A stretch of 64,000 nt of DNA from positions 101,060,001 through 101,124,000 of the forward strand of contig NC_043003.1 of the NCBI RefSeq assembly GCF_006345805.1, in the 5' to 3' direction. The DNA is from Octopus sinensis (Eukaryota). The position numbers and the translations under genes were made by a program. Numbering within the stretch: position 1 is the stretch's first letter; each line of letters starts with the position of its first letter. Under the pieces are notes generated by a model. That model did no database searches. It saw nothing but the letters and a program-made list of their open reading frames with translations, and had not been told where the DNA came from. Of the stretch, positions 60,508-64,000 are shown piece by piece.

Positions 60508-60646
60508 TTGATGTGCAAAACATGAAACACTGGTTTTGTACTTCCGTCTTCATATCTATGAAGTAGAACTGCACTTAATCCATGCTCGGAAGCATCAGGT
60601 GCTACAATGATGTCCATTTTGGGTCATAATATGCTAATGACAGATT
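60508..60646 (-). mobile_element. Inverted Gypsy RNase H fragment
   Basis: Minus strand reads LSLAYYDP / IIVAPDASEHGLSAVLLHRYEDG. Confidence 0.65.
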
Positions 60647-60713
60647 AGAATTTTTTTTTCTTCAAAAGAGTTCTGGCATTTCGGCCCATAACAAAAAAAA
60701 CAAAAAAAAACGA

Positions 60714-63501
60714 ATGATGAGTATAATCCGTATTTCGAATGATATGGTCAAACCGTTTTGCATTGACACGGATGTAGTCACTTGGTTGAAGATGAAGTTG
60801 GTTGCAAAGCTTCACAGTATAAACGACTTAATGAGTTTTATACCACCGTACCTATATGGTTCAGTATTGGTGCTATACCTTGAAATGGAAGAGAGGGACC
60901 AACTTAGTGCGGAAAAAATAGAAATCCGTTTGATGGAGGCCTTTGCAGAATGAATGTTCAAAGTGTACGCTCACCTGGGGAAAGCAAAGTGGATCGGCAA
61001 ACAGGTCGACGTATTTGCCAATGAACTCAGAAGATTAGCTACACTGACGATGAGGCCACAGACGTCTGTGGGGGTACATTGCGAGAATGAAGGCAGATGA
61101 CAGGAACCTCCATGATCATCGATTTGAAGTCAGCATACCTGAAGGTGCCTGTGGCTGAGAGACTGTGGAAGTATCAGCTTGTTAGATATAAGGGCCAGAT
61201 ATACTATCTGACCAGGCTGGGGTTCGGGCTAAATGCAGCGCCAAAGATTATGGCAACAATTCTCAAGACCATCCTGGGAAAGGTGGACAGAGTATAAAGG
61301 GCCACCAATTCGTACATTGATGACATTCTGGTGGATGAAACCATAATGCCAGCAACGGAGGTCATAGGCCACCTGAAGAGTTTTGGACTGATCACCAAGC
61401 CACCAGAGGCAATGGAGGGAGGCGCTGCACTGGGCCTCAAGCTATGGAGAGACAAGGCCAGTGTGTTGGTGTTCCGGCGAGGGAACGAGATCCCCGAACT
61501 GGGCACCAGCATGAGTAGATGGGAACTGTTCTCGGTGTGTGGGAAGCTGGTGGGAGATTACCCGATTGCAGGATGGCTTCAGACAGCATGTAGCTTCATC
61601 GAGAGATAAGCTGAAGGAGCGAAGTGGAATGATAGAGTGGGGAAGACGACCGACATGATACAGGAAGTCTTGGTCAGAGTGAGAGCAGAGGATCCAGTGA
61701 GGAGCAGTTGGTATGTTCCCAAATCAAAGAGCAGGATTGTATGGTGTGACGCAAGTAGCATTGCAATAGGGGTTGTCTTGGAAGTGGGAGGCGTCATAGT
61801 GGAAGATGCAGCCTGGCTCAGGAAGACAGGTGACTGCAACCATATGTGATGGAGTTGGATGCCGTGTTGAAGGGAGTGAACCTAGCCTTGAAGTAGGGGC
61901 TGCGCACCATAGAAATTAGGACCAATTCAGCCACTGTACTTGGTTGGGTGACAGCAGTCATCACCAATAAGCGGAGGGTGCGAACCAAAGGGGCTGCAAA
62001 GATGTTGGTAAAGTGTTGATTGGGGATACTACATGAACTAACCGCTGAGTTCAATCTGAAGCTGAGCGTGATCTTTGTGCCTTCTGAGAAGAACTGGGTA
62101 GACGTCCTAACCAGGGTAAAGCGTGCCTGGTTGCAAGTGCCAGAGGATGCGGAGCAGGCTGTGGCTGCAGTATGCCGTCTGAGTGACTCGGAGTTGAGGA
62201 GATTGCATACCATGCATCACATGGGTGTGGACAGGACATTGTTCCTAGCCAGGAAAGTTGACTCCGATGTAACAAGATGGAGCGTGCAGAGAGTGGTTAG
62301 CAGCTGTGACAGGTGCCAGTCCATCGACTCTGCTCCGGGCGTACATGAGGCGGGAAGTATTCCAGTGGACCACAACTGGAAATGACTGGCAGTGGACATA
62401 ACACATTACTGGCAGGGGACATACCTCTCAATGGTTGACTGCAGACCGGGGCGGTTGGCCATATGGAGGGAGATGAAGACGGGGACCGCAGAGGAAATCG
62501 TGAAAGTATTAAATGAGATATTCCTGGAACGAGGCCTCATGGATGAGCTGCTTCTGGATAATGGCATTGTGTTTCATTTGAAGGTGCAGAAAGAAATGCT
62601 TGATGGGTGGCATACCGGCCAAGTAGAAATGGGGTGGTGGAAAGGCATCATTGTACCATCAAAACCATGGCAGAGAGGGGCCACATTTCACCAATCGAGG
62701 CCATATTTTAGTACAATATGTTGCCCAGGTCAGGACAGGCTGAAGAGTCAGTGTCACACAGGGAAATATTCAGGTATGAGAGGAGGCATCTGTGTACTGC
62801 ATCAATACAACCCGGGGCAGAGGAAGAGTACGTCTTTGTGCAGGTCGGGGAAGAAGTTTGGGTAAACCCCCCAAACGCACGGTGTACATCACAATGGGGA
62901 GAGGGAACAATAACCTTCATCAATTTGAAGAACAATGTCTCTGCTGATGGCATGCCACATCATGTTTTAGATGTGTGGAAGATTGTCCATGCCTCAGAGG
63001 ATGAAACCAGCAGCAGTGGGCAAGAAGATGAAGACAGCAACAGTAGGCAAGATGATAAAGCCAGCAGCAGCATGCCAGGAACTCAGGCCAGTCCCAGGGT
63101 TGCACAGCAACCACAGAAGGAGCAGCACCCTCCTCCCTGGTTGGCTGATTATGAAACCAGTTAAGGTGTGAGTTTAGGAGTGAGGAGTGAGTTGGAAAGC
63201 CAGTTGAATGATCTGTAGATCGGGGGGTGGGGTGTTATGGGCTGTGATGAGCTATGTGGTGTTGGTGGAGGGGATTTCAGATGAGGCAAATGGAAGTGAA
63301 GATCGCAGGGGCCGGTGGAAGAGCCACAGGGGTATGCGTAAGCAAAAAGCATGTGCAGGCAGTTCAATGAGAGATGGCAGTGTGCAAGAACGTGTTTATT
63401 TCTTGACGGTGGTTGCTCATCCCATCTATGTCAATAGGTAAGGTCTCTGTATTCCTTTCTCCCTTTTGCTTCTTTTTCTGTCGTCTTTTTCCTCCATCAC
63501 A
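60714..63501 (+). mobile_element. Divergent Gypsy-order LTR retrotransposon (gag remnant, RT, RNase H, integrase, PPT, 3' LTR 63233-63501), decayed
   Basis: IDLKSAY, TRLGFGLNAAP, SYIDD, WCDASS, H..HHMG...C..C, VDITH and LDNG. G-rich PPT, then TGTTATGG...CCATCACA. Confidence 0.82.
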
Positions 63502-64000
63502 CTACAAAACTACAAGGGTTAAGCAAAGAGGGGACGATACACGGGACTTATCAAATGATACTACATATATGAATAAATACATTATAATTTCGGATGAAAA
63601 TGAGAAAAAAATGGACACGGAATGGGTTTCACCCCACCAACCACATTCCTGCATTAAACCGTTTCATCCTTTTTTTGTTTCTTAACTCCGCTTAATTAGG
63701 CACTTACATACCCAACATTCAAGCTTCTTTCTTCCATCCAAAACTACCTCACTTATTTAGACTGCTACTATTTATATGTTCATTCTCGCCAGGGGCGTCG
63801 TACTCTCACACAACACGTATATACTTTCTTCCTCATTGCATTGTTATATTATATATCTAATACAAGGATATAATAGTTTTTTAAGCCTAGTGTTTGCAGG
63901 GAGAAGCCACTTGCCGCTAGCACCTGATTATAGTATGTAGTGTAGCTATTGAAAATTTCCTGCATAGCTGAGAGATCCAATATCTGTATAGATATGCCTT

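Overview
AT-rich, microsatellite-laden metazoan DNA. The tRNA-derived SINE families and the transposon mix point to an octopod cephalopod (Octopus); this is inference from repeat recognition, not a search. The only host coding sequence I can support is two minus-strand exons, 54770-54926 and 735-902. They splice in phase across a ~53.9 kb intron and give the N-terminus of a GAF-type cyclic nucleotide phosphodiesterase (PDE10A-like). The rest is mostly nested mobile DNA: Tx1, RTE and R4/Dong LINEs, a Penelope-like RT fragment, Gypsy LTR elements, mariner, maT, Chapaev3-like and pogo DNA transposons, Helitron-like elements and SINEs. Most interesting signals: (1) two head-to-head inverted repeat elements with minimal type I hammerhead ribozyme folds; one has a G3-C8 swapped core and lies inside a perfect 111-bp palindrome on the host sense strand, the other is linked to a tRNA-like head. 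(2) A SINE family whose 3' ~42 nt match the 3' end of local Tx1 LINEs. (3) R4/Dong elements repeatedly adjoining (TAA)n. (4) Several long fold-backs that would form dsRNA in the pre-mRNA. No rRNA, bona fide tRNA or CRISPR array is supported. All alignments and folds were done by eye; repeat boundaries are approximate.
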